A stretch of DNA of 23,764 bases from Leptospirales bacterium (GTDB lineage: Bacteria; Spirochaetota; Leptospiria; Turneriellales; JAOUFE01), in assembly GCA_040326155.1 (NCBI GenBank), contig JBEQLE010000069.1:1-23764 (forward strand). The letters are read 5' to 3'. Below are positions 16,205-23,764 of the stretch, one piece after another. Position numbers and translations under genes: made by a program. Position 1 is the first letter of the stretch. Each line of letters opens with the position of its first letter. The notes below the pieces were generated by a model, which was not told where the DNA came from, searched no databases, and was given only the letters and a program-made list of their open reading frames with translations.

Positions 16205-17131
16205 TTATGGTTCGAAGGCTTTTTTTGCAGACCTTTCGTTTATAATAGCAGGGACTTTTACATCTATTGTGGCAAAAAATTTAGTTAGTATTTTATTTGG
16301 TCCGATTTCATAGATATCCGTTCCGGTATCTTTCAAAACACGCATATTTTCCATCCAGCGAACTGAACCGGAGATTTGACTGACAAGGTTATCGATTAAA
16401 CCGGCAGAATCGTGAAAATTTCCTGTAAAATTAGATAATACTTTCGATGCGTTGTCTAAATTGAATTTCGGAGCGAAACTTTCTAAAAAAGCTTTAAATT
16501 CGGGTTCAATTTCTTTCATAAGAGAGCTATGGAAGGGGGCGCTTACGCTGAGCGGTACAATTCGAATACCCTCAATGGCACTATCAAGTTTTTCTGTAGC
16601 CGCATCTACGTTTTCTTTTTTACCGCTAATTACAATTTGCCCTGTGGAGTTATAGTTGGCCACTTCGGCTCCGGCGTCTTTGGTAATTTGTTCAAAGTCT
16701 GTAGATTCAATGTTTTCAATAAGCAGGGCAGCCATGGTTCCGACACCTTCGGGAATGGCGGACTGCATAAGGGCTCCCCGACGACGGACGATTTTAACGG
16801 CGTCTTCAAAGGGGATTACCGAAGCGGCGACAAGCGCTGCATATTCTCCGAGGCTGTGTCCTGCGAAAAAAGAGGGGGAAAACCCATACTCTTTTTCTAA
16901 AACACGATAAATGGCAATTTCAGTAGTTAAGATAGCAGGTTGGGTAAATTCGGTTAAATTTACTTTTTCATTTTCTGTAAAACATAGTTCGCTCAGGTTT
17001 TCACCTGTAGCTTCAGAAGCAGAATCAAAAATGTTTTTTGCAATTTCGTGGTTTTCGTAAAAATCTTGCGCCATTCCGGGGCGCTGAGCGCCTTGTCCCG
17101 GGAAAACAGCAGCTGTCTTATTGTTTGACAT
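16205..17131 (-). CDS. fabD: Malonyl-CoA:ACP transacylase FabD
   Basis: FPGQGAQ, TQPAI, GHSLGEY, RGALMQ, ANYNS and SAPFHS; ATG 17131 with GGGAG RBS. Confidence 0.96.
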   Translation of the reverse strand: MSNNKTAAVFPGQGAQRPGMAQDFYENHEIAKNIFDSASEATGENLSELCFTENEKVNLTEFTQPAILTTEIAIYRVLEKEYGFSPSFFAGHSLGEYAALVAASVIPFEDAVKIVRRRGALMQSAIPEGVGTMAALLIENIESTDFEQITKDAGAEVANYNSTGQIVISGKKENVDAATEKLDSAIEGIRIVPLSVSAPFHSSLMKEIEPEFKAFLESFAPKFNLDNASKVLSNFTGNFHDSAGLIDNLVSQISGSVRWMENMRVLKDTGTDIYEIGPNKILTKFFATIDVKVPAIINERSAKKAFEP

Positions 17132-17276
17132 TTGACTCCCTAGTATAAGAAAATATGTCAAAAAGCTTTTAGAAATAGCAGTGTAAAGGAAAAAACAAGA
17201 TAATTTGGGCCCCATGACAGGTGGGTTCATTTTTCTTTCATACTCGCCCTGCCATGTAGTCAGCGGCGAATTAGAT

Positions 17277-17537
17277 CTAGCTGAGATACTCTTTTAGTTT
17301 TTTCTCGATTAGACTGCAAGAAGCAATAAGTGGTTTTTTGGTGATAGCGATATTTATTGTCTGGCCACTAATAGTATATGTGCCTTCTATTTTTCCGAAT
17401 GGTGTTGGGGCCGTAAATGAGCCTGAAGAGGTGTCTCCTTTAAAAGTACCTCCTGCATCTTCAATGGCTTGTTTAGCCTTTGCAACCAGCTCTTCTGCGC
17501 TGCCCTTAAAATCAACTGAAAAATTGCATAATGCCAT
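17277..17537 (-). CDS. Small hypothetical protein (86 aa) with one Cys near each terminus
   Basis: GGAG RBS upstream of the ATG; compact helix-strands-helix pattern; Cys4 and Cys74. Confidence 0.75.
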   Translation of the reverse strand: MALCNFSVDFKGSAEELVAKAKQAIEDAGGTFKGDTSSGSFTAPTPFGKIEGTYTISGQTINIAITKKPLIASCSLIEKKLKEYLS

Positions 17538-17718
17538 AGTTTTACTCCAATTTGTTATTATTATTTGCTCGCAAAAACCGGATATTCATGGTTATTGAGC
17601 AAATGAAATGGCATTTTATGGTATTAAAACAGGACTACAAGGTTTTATACGAAAAACCGTCGGGGGTAGGCCGAGACCGTGGCTTGGCCGAGGGGGCAGG
17701 CTTGCACCCTTCAAAAAA

Positions 17719-18120
17719 GACGATAAAACACGTTTTGAAACCTTTTTGTTGTGCGCAGACAACAGCGTAGTATCCGTAGAAATAAACTGCCACTTCATGG
17801 GCGGCGGAGAAGCCGGGCAAATACTAGCCAGCTGCCGAGCCCTCGACCACCGCAAAAAAGTAGAAACCGCCATAGGAAGAAGAACCGACAACTACAGAGA
17901 AATACTAGACGAAAGCCCCGACGGCTTCTTATTAATGACCCCGAAAGGCAAAATAATAGAAACCAACGACGCTTATGCAAAGCTAGTGGGCTACACAAAA
18001 GATGAAATTTTGCAAATGAACTATTACCAGTTGGTGATTGGTAAAAACGGCGAAGCCAACCAAAACGGAATACTAGAAAACTCGCTATTCAACAATTACC
18101 ATAAAACTAAAGCGGGTGAT
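17719..18120 (+). repeat. Copy 1 of a 402-bp direct repeat (about 89% identical to 22327-22728)
   Basis: Manual codon-by-codon alignment of 134 codons. Confidence 0.95.
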
Positions 18121-18232
18121 TATGGAAAAAATATTAGCGGGAGAACAGAATATAACCGCCGAAACGATATTTAAGATATGTAAGAAATTAGATGTGAAGC
18201 CGGGGGAATTGTTTGATATCTTCTTTGACTAA
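17719..18232 (+). pseudogene. Mosaic pseudogene: PAS-protein paralog fragment with an internal deletion, fused to the C-terminal half of an XRE HTH
   Basis: 17719-18120 aligns without gaps to 22327-22728 (44 differences in 402 nt by my count). The sequence then jumps to match about 22848-22876, and then reads GEQNITAETIFKICKKLDVKPGELFDIFFD* to 18232. Confidence 0.85.
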
Positions 18233-18287
18233 TATTTTGTGAAATTTCTCCAGTGCATATTCGAACTGTGGAATCCATACCCATGAA

Positions 18288-18476
18288 TTAGGACTTTGGT
18301 TGTTCATCGACTGTAGGTGGGCTTACGAATATTTCTTCTATAGACTTTTCAAGAGAGATTTCATTTGCTGGAATTTCATCATTATTTTCAGCAAATACGG
18401 AATCTAAATCCTTTAACTCTTCATTGGTTAATTCTCTACTTGCTGAAAAATTTGCATTGGTGTTTATTTCTGGCAT
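18288..18476 (-). CDS. Small acidic hypothetical protein (62 aa)
   Basis: ATG preceded by GGAGA RBS; E/D/N-rich and probably disordered; no family recognised. Confidence 0.55.
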   Translation of the reverse strand: MPEINTNANFSASRELTNEELKDLDSVFAENNDEIPANEISLEKSIEEIFVSPPTVDEQPKS

Positions 18477-18502
18477 TCAAAATCTCCAAATCTTATTGAA
18501 GC

Positions 18503-18546
18503 GGTAATTTTAATTGTCGTTGAAAGGTACTTCTAATTGTCGCTGA
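18503..18546. promoter_or_regulatory. Tandem 21-bp direct repeat (possible operator) in a divergent intergenic region
   Basis: GGTAATTTTAATTGTCGTTGA (18503-18523) and GGTACTTCTAATTGTCGCTGA (18526-18546), 18/21 identical, 23-bp period. Confidence 0.4.
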
Positions 18547-18711
18547 TCACGGCACTTAACGTCTTACTCAAGTATAGTTTTTGGTACCCCAAAAAATTAC
18601 CACCAAAGGCATATGCCATTAGGTCATCTAACTACTAAACAAGGTACGGTGTCTATGAATTTTTGTTTAATTTTATCTTGTCAGAATAAGTGTATTGTGC
18701 ATAACGGCCTT

Positions 18712-20592
18712 GTGAAAAAGCTCTTACTGTTAATTTTATTACCCTCCCTGCTTTTTGCTAGTGCAAATAGTGACTTGATGGAAGCCTCAAAAAAAGGTGA
18801 CCTCGAAGGTGTTCAAAAAGCACTTGCTAATAAAGCCGATGTAAATGCGAAAAATATAAATGGCCCTACAGCCCTTCTGGCTGCATCCGAAAAGGGTTAT
18901 ACAGCACTTATATATGCTTCAGATATAGGTCATTTAGAAATTGTCAAACTACTTATTGCTAACAAAGCGAATGTAAATGCGAAAGGAGAATATGGGATGA
19001 CAGCGCTCATAAAGGCTTCAATTAATGGTCATTTAGAAATTGTTAAACTACTCATAGTTAGCAAAGCCGATGTAAATATGAATACCAAATATGTCTCTAC
19101 AGCACTTAAGTATGCTTCAGATATAGGTCATTTAGAAATTGTCAAACTACTTGTAGCCAATAAAGCCGATGTGAATATAAAAAATAACTTTGGCGAGACT
19201 GCGCTAATAGGTGCTTCCTCTGCTGGTCATGTTGAAATAGTCAAGTTGCTTATATTAAATAAAGTCAATGTGAATATAAAAAATAGATGGGGCAATACTG
19301 CACTTATAATGGCTTCACAAAAGGGGAGGTTTAAAGTCGTCAAGTTACTTATAACCAATAAAGCCGATGCGAATATAAAAAATATATGGGGCAATACTGC
19401 ACTTATGACGGCTTCAGTGAGGGGTCTTCTTGATATTGTTAAGTTACTTATATCAAATGGAGTCGATGTGAATGTGAAAAATAATGATGGCAAGACAGCG
19501 CTATTGTTGGCCGTAATGACAGGCCATGTTGAAGTCGCTAAATTTCTTATATTGAATAAAGCCAATGTTAATGCGAAAAACAAAAATGGCACTACAGCCC
19601 TTCTGTATTCATCAAAACAAGGTTATACCGAAATTGTTAAGTTACTGCTTGCCTATAACGCTAATGCGAATGTGAGAGGTAACTATGCTAGAGATGACTC
19701 TAGCTCAACAGCACTTATGTATGCTTCAAGATTTGGTTATACCGAAATTGTTAAGTTACTGCTTGCCAATAAAGCCAATGTGAATGCAAGTGATAACTCT
19801 ATGGGAGATGAGTCTGGCTTAACGGCACTTATGGGTGCATCTAGAAATGGTCATTTAACAATTGTTAAGTTACTGCTTGCCAATAAAGCTAATGTAAATA
19901 TCCAAAGCAAAATTGGCTATACAGCACTTATATATGCTTCAGGTCAAGGTCATTTAGAAATTGTCAAACTACTTGTAGCCAATAAAGCCGATGTAAATGA
20001 AAAAGACAAAAATGGTTCTACAGCACTTACGGAGGCGTCAAAAAATAGTCATACAGCAATTGTTAAGCTACTGCTTGCCAATAAAGCGAATGTAAATGTA
20101 AAGCATTTTAGGTCTGGTAATACAGTTCTTATGAGGGCGTCAAGATATGGTCATACAGAAATTGTTAAGCTACTACTTGCTAATAAAGCTATTGTAAATA
20201 CAAAAGACACAGATGGCAATACAGAACTCATGTGGGCATTAAAGAATGGTCATACAGAAATTGTTAAGTTATTGCTTGCTAATAAAGCTGATGTAAATAC
20301 AAAAGATACAGATGGCCGTACTGCACTAATGTGGGCATTAAAGAATGGTCATACAGAAATTTTTAAGTTACTTCTTTCTAATAAAGCTGATGTAAATGCA
20401 ATAAATAAACATGGCGCTACAGCACTCATGTGGGCGTCAATAATTGGTTATACAGATTTTGTCAAGTTACTTCTTGCCAATAAAGCCAATGTGAATATAA
20501 AGGATAAAGATGGCCGTACTGCACTCATGTGGGCTTCAGAGAGAGGTCATCTGGAAATCGTTAATTTACTCAAGTCTGCTGGTGCAAAGTAA
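18712..20592 (+). CDS. Secreted ankyrin-repeat protein (18 repeats including caps, plus one truncated repeat)
   Basis: 33-aa repeats GxTALxxASxxGHxEIVKLLxANKADVN. GTG 18712 gives a signal peptide MKKLLLLILLPSLLFA; the ORF-track start at 18613 is probably too long. Confidence 0.95.
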   Translation: MKKLLLLILLPSLLFASANSDLMEASKKGDLEGVQKALANKADVNAKNINGPTALLAASEKGYTALIYASDIGHLEIVKLLIANKANVNAKGEYGMTALIKASINGHLEIVKLLIVSKADVNMNTKYVSTALKYASDIGHLEIVKLLVANKADVNIKNNFGETALIGASSAGHVEIVKLLILNKVNVNIKNRWGNTALIMASQKGRFKVVKLLITNKADANIKNIWGNTALMTASVRGLLDIVKLLISNGVDVNVKNNDGKTALLLAVMTGHVEVAKFLILNKANVNAKNKNGTTALLYSSKQGYTEIVKLLLAYNANANVRGNYARDDSSSTALMYASRFGYTEIVKLLLANKANVNASDNSMGDESGLTALMGASRNGHLTIVKLLLANKANVNIQSKIGYTALIYASGQGHLEIVKLLVANKADVNEKDKNGSTALTEASKNSHTAIVKLLLANKANVNVKHFRSGNTVLMRASRYGHTEIVKLLLANKAIVNTKDTDGNTELMWALKNGHTEIVKLLLANKADVNTKDTDGRTALMWALKNGHTEIFKLLLSNKADVNAINKHGATALMWASIIGYTDFVKLLLANKANVNIKDKDGRTALMWASERGHLEIVNLLKSAGAK

Positions 20593-20707
20593 TCTTCTTT
20601 AGACAATAAACCCCTCACGAACAACAGCAAATTGCCAAAAATCTTGGAGTTACAGAGTGGGCGTTTTCTACTTCACCCGGAATTATCGTTTCCAGAATTA
20701 TGAAAGT

Positions 20708-21106
20708 TTATGTAATTGGCTTCGCTACTTTTTTCTTCGCTTTTACTTTATCTTTTCGGCTGGTTTGTTCGTCCCAGAGAGTTTCGGCAACCGTTTTTAA
20801 CAACGATTTATACTTATTATTTAATTCCCTGATTTTCAATACGACTTCGACCTCGTCCGGGTTCACAACAAAAATCGTGCCGTTGTATTGTTCACCCATG
20901 CCGGTTTCGAGCCAGACAGAATTTACGCCATACCTCACTTCGAGTAGTTTAACGAACGTCACCGATACCGTATTTATCTTGTTTTTCAGAATACCCGATA
21001 AAGATGGTGGTGTTATGCCAATATTTTCGGCAAACTTCCTTTGGCTTAATTTCGATTCTCTTATAACCTGTTTCAATCTCATCCTGATTTCATCATTCAA
21101 CTCCAT
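20708..21106 (-). CDS. XRE-family (cI-like) HTH transcriptional regulator
   Basis: RLKQVIRESKLSQRKFAENIGITPPSLSGIL...GVNSVWLETGMGE; GGGGGAG RBS. Confidence 0.9.
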   Translation of the reverse strand: MELNDEIRMRLKQVIRESKLSQRKFAENIGITPPSLSGILKNKINTVSVTFVKLLEVRYGVNSVWLETGMGEQYNGTIFVVNPDEVEVVLKIRELNNKYKSLLKTVAETLWDEQTSRKDKVKAKKKVAKPIT

Positions 21107-21137
21107 GTTCTTCTCCCCCCACGTTTGTTTTTATTTA

Positions 21138-21497
21138 TCAATTGCCTTTATTCTGCTCCAGAGCAAATGCTTTACACAGTAATTTAAATAGTTCCTGATT
21201 ATTGTCATCTAAAGCATCATATAGTAAGAATAAATCCTTAATAAGTTCCGAATCGATTTTTATAACTTCTTTATAACGCTCGCCTTTACCTGTTGCCAAC
21301 CAATGTGTATTTATCCCTCGGCAAAGCTCCAGAGCCAGCAACGTTTTTTTCGACAAAGATTTAATTCGTCCTTTAAGAATATCCGACAAAGAAGATGGCA
21401 ATATTCCTATAGAATCTGCAAATTCCATTTTTTTTACGTCGCTTTCTTCAATTAAAAATTCAAGACGGCCTATAACCCCACTGTCAATATGAACCAC
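21138..21497 (-). CDS. XRE-family HTH regulator, paralog of 20708-21106
   Basis: RLEFLIEESDVKKMEFADSIGILPSSLSDILKG...GINTHWLATGKGE; GTG start uncertain. Confidence 0.87.
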   Translation of the reverse strand: MVHIDSGVIGRLEFLIEESDVKKMEFADSIGILPSSLSDILKGRIKSLSKKTLLALELCRGINTHWLATGKGERYKEVIKIDSELIKDLFLLYDALDDNNQELFKLLCKAFALEQNKGN

Positions 21498-21703
21498 AGG
21501 GCAAAATACAGAATCATTTAATTTTGCATATTACTTTAACTTTGTTAATTCATGAAACGGCCATGTTTTTAAAAAATCGTTCATGGACCGTAACAGAAAA
21601 TTCATTTTGTAAATAATTTAGTAATATTTAGATTGCGGCCCTGCCCTTAATACTATTATTGTTTATAAAATTAATTATTAAATATTTTTTAAAGGAAAAA
21701 ACA

Positions 21704-21961
21704 ATGATAGATACATCAGAAAAATTAACCTCCATGATTAAGTTAAAATACAGATTTATTAAAGAAGCAGCCTCCCAATTTGGATTTCCTGGCGCTAAAA
21801 ATTACCAACGCTTCCGGAACACCATACTCGGCGCATCCAAAGATTACCAGGTGATTCTTGCATTGGTAGAAAACATTCCAAAAATAGATACAGCGGCAAT
21901 ATGGGGCATCGACAAAAAATATATAAAAAATACCTCGTATAAAAAGGAAGTTGACCTGTAA
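21704..21961 (+). CDS. Small basic protein, possible Cro/Ner-like HTH
   Basis: AAAGGA RBS before ATG 21704; 85 aa; helix-turn-helix-like IKEAASQFG...YQRFRNTILG; divergent from the XRE pair. Confidence 0.55.
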   Translation: MIDTSEKLTSMIKLKYRFIKEAASQFGFPGAKNYQRFRNTILGASKDYQVILALVENIPKIDTAAIWGIDKKYIKNTSYKKEVDL

Positions 21962-21962
21962 T

Positions 21963-21998
21963 TTTACCTGCTCGGACATTCGAGATCGGGCAGGTAAA
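21963..21998. terminator. Stem-loop directly after the small basic ORF
   Basis: TTTACCTGCTCG (21963-21974) and CGGGCAGGTAAA (21987-21998), 12 bp with one G-U pair; no clear poly-U tail. Confidence 0.5.
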
Positions 21999-22089
21999 CA
22001 CCTCTCCCTTCTAATTTTACAAAATAACAGTTGACGAATTACAATCTCATATTTGAATACAATGATCTATACGAAATTAAGGGAGCGTA

Positions 22090-23625
22090 ATGAGTTTTAC
22101 CGACGATGGATATGACGAAACCGGCGTCTTCAACGCCTTATTCGAAGCAATAGAAGACGGAGCATGGCTACTCGACAAAGAGGGTTTAATAATGGACGTA
22201 AATGCAAGCGCCCTCAAACTACTCGGCTACGAAGAATCCGACCTGATTGGCGAACAAATCAACGAATTCACTCCCGACCCCGGCAGCGCCGAAACCTTCG
22301 AAAAAGCCTGGGCCCTAACAAACGAAGACGACAAAACGAGATTTGAAACTTTTTTACTCTGCTCAGACAACAGCGTAGTATCGATCGAAATGAATTGCCA
22401 CTTCATGGGCGGCGGCGAAGCCGGGCAAATACTCGCAAGTTGCAGAGCTCTCGACCACCGCAAAAAAGTAGAAACCGCCATAGAAAGAAGAACCGACAAC
22501 TACAGAGAAATACTAGATAAAAGCCCCGACGGCTTCTTATTAATGACCCCCAAAGGCAAAATAATAGAAACCAACGACGCTTATGCAAAGCTAGTGGGCT
22601 ACACAAAAGACGAAATTTTACAAATGAATTATTACGAGTTGGTGATCGGTAAAAACGGCGAAGCCAAAACAAACTCATTAGCAGAAAACTCCTTATTCAA
22701 CAACTACCATAGAACGAAAACCGGTGATATTGTACCCGTAGAAGTCAAAGTACGGCAATTCACGAACAAAAATGGCGTTGACAAGATATTGATGTTTATA
22801 CATAAAATGAATAATATATATTATTTGGTAGATCTAATAAAAAAGGAGCGGGTGATCATGGAAAAAATATTGGCGGGTATAACGAATCAGGATTCGACTG
22901 GGGTTTTGATAGCAAAGAATGACATTGGTATTTGCTATGCCAATGATTTTATTTGTGAAGTATTGGGATATACAAAAAAAGAGATATTCGATTTACACCA
23001 TTTGTTTTTTCTTATGAATCAGGATGATCCCGAAGGTCATATAGAAACCTATACATCTGTACTAAGTGGCGATAAGCAACATATAAAAATAACTCCGCTT
23101 TTCAAAAGGAAGGATGGCTCTATTTTTCAAACCGATATGGAAATGACAAACCATAAAGATAAACATGGTAAGCATTTTACATTGTTGTTGTTTGAAAATT
23201 TTGCCGATGTAGACGAAAATTTATTTGCTAATCCCGAGAAAAAAGATGAAAATTTAACAAAGGTAGTGAAAAAGTTTGACGACAAATGCGAAGACGCTCT
23301 TATATTTCTTAGAACAGATAAAGGTGTGATTTATACAAATATGATATGCAACAAAGCTTTTGGATATCGCACAAATGAAATGATAGGCTTTAAGGCACCG
23401 AATATTATACACTTTGACCATTTAGGAAGAATGGTGAAGAAATCGTTCAAAATATACGCTGGGTTTACCGCAGAGGAAAATGTTGAATGCCGTTTTAAAA
23501 CAAAAGGCGGCGGCGCATTTAAAGCCGATGTTGTAATGAGTAAACACAAAGAGGAACGGAAAAAATATATCATTATGAAACTTAAAAACATCGTCCACGA
23601 AAATGCCGTGGAAACGGTTAGTTAA
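22090..23625 (+). CDS. Protein of four tandem PAS domains with no output domain
   Basis: PAS signatures VNASALKLLGYEESDLIG, TNDAYAKLVGYTKDEIL, ANDFICEVLGYTKKEI and TNMICNKAFGYRTNEMIG, with PAC-like KTGDIVPVE, RKDGSIF and TKGGGAF; AAGGGAG RBS; no TM, HisKA or GGDEF motif. Confidence 0.9.
   Translation: MSFTDDGYDETGVFNALFEAIEDGAWLLDKEGLIMDVNASALKLLGYEESDLIGEQINEFTPDPGSAETFEKAWALTNEDDKTRFETFLLCSDNSVVSIEMNCHFMGGGEAGQILASCRALDHRKKVETAIERRTDNYREILDKSPDGFLLMTPKGKIIETNDAYAKLVGYTKDEILQMNYYELVIGKNGEAKTNSLAENSLFNNYHRTKTGDIVPVEVKVRQFTNKNGVDKILMFIHKMNNIYYLVDLIKKERVIMEKILAGITNQDSTGVLIAKNDIGICYANDFICEVLGYTKKEIFDLHHLFFLMNQDDPEGHIETYTSVLSGDKQHIKITPLFKRKDGSIFQTDMEMTNHKDKHGKHFTLLLFENFADVDENLFANPEKKDENLTKVVKKFDDKCEDALIFLRTDKGVIYTNMICNKAFGYRTNEMIGFKAPNIIHFDHLGRMVKKSFKIYAGFTAEENVECRFKTKGGGAFKADVVMSKHKEERKKYIIMKLKNIVHENAVETVS
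22327..22728 (+). repeat. Copy 2 of the 402-bp direct repeat (inside the intact PAS gene)
   Basis: Aligns to 17719-18120. Confidence 0.95.
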
Positions 23626-23764
23626 AAACAGATAAAACACCATACGCGAAGCTTGTTATAAAACCATAACGGAAAACTCAATAAAACCTAGACACCAAAA
23701 ATACCTATGCTGAATCTTACGAGCCAGGAGGGCGAGCTAACCCGAGCGCCATCACCCAGGGAGG

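Noticed and set aside
10299..17131. Aryl polyene, ladderane, PUFA or aromatic type II PKS cluster
   Set aside because: There is no KS/chain-length-factor pair, radical SAM enzyme, acyl-AMP ligase, cyclase or multidomain Pfa protein, and a full reductive cycle is present.
17608..18174. 188-aa ORF as an intact PAS gene
   Set aside because: The first 37 codons are unrelated to the paralog and run through a GC-rich palindrome, and the end is out of frame after a 128-nt deletion; treated as a pseudogene.
18288..18476. RiPP precursor (ELTNEEL resembles leader motifs)
   Set aside because: No double-glycine site, no Cys-rich or otherwise obvious core, and no modifying enzyme or transporter nearby.
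18712..20592. CRISPR array or non-coding tandem repeat
   Set aside because: The roughly 99-nt periodicity is explained by in-frame ankyrin repeats; there is no repeat-spacer structure and no cas gene.
20708..21961. Prophage
   Set aside because: Only repressor-like genes are present; no integrase, replication, structural or lysis genes and no att-like repeat in the window.
17719..22728. 402-bp repeat pair as a diversity-generating retroelement TR/VR
   Set aside because: Differences are mostly third-position synonymous changes involving all bases rather than adenine-specific, and no reverse transcriptase is in the window.
23720..23764. GC-rich stretch at the right edge as an RNA gene or element end
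   Set aside because: It is too short and cut by the window, with no tRNA, rRNA or riboswitch consensus recognised.

Overview
Bacterial chromosomal window of low-to-moderate GC; the lipoprotein, XRE and ankyrin content suggests a spirochaete (Leptospirales-like), which is a weak inference. The left part (1-3887, minus strand) holds a PBP1A-type transglycosylase (truncated by the window), an orphan rplU, an outer-membrane beta-barrel protein, a GIY-YIG nuclease and a DxDxDG-repeat lipoprotein. The centre (4297-17131) is the main system: a 2001-aa single-chain biotin-dependent carboxylase (BC-BT-BCCP-central region-CT, apparently with three CT-type subdomains) converging on a nine-gene type II fatty-acid synthesis operon (fabD, Y-x6-K enoyl reductase, fabA, fabG, fabZ, one ketosynthase, ACP, PlsC-type acyltransferase, PPTase). 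The operon has no fabH, the ACP has NSSR instead of DSLD, and the ketosynthase has non-canonical motifs, which suggests a self-contained, insulated acetyl-CoA-to-membrane-lipid module. The right part (17277-23764) is an accessory region with a scrambled PAS/XRE pseudogene, a secreted ankyrin protein of about 18 repeats, two tandem XRE repressors opposite a Cro-like ORF, and a four-PAS protein with no output domain.
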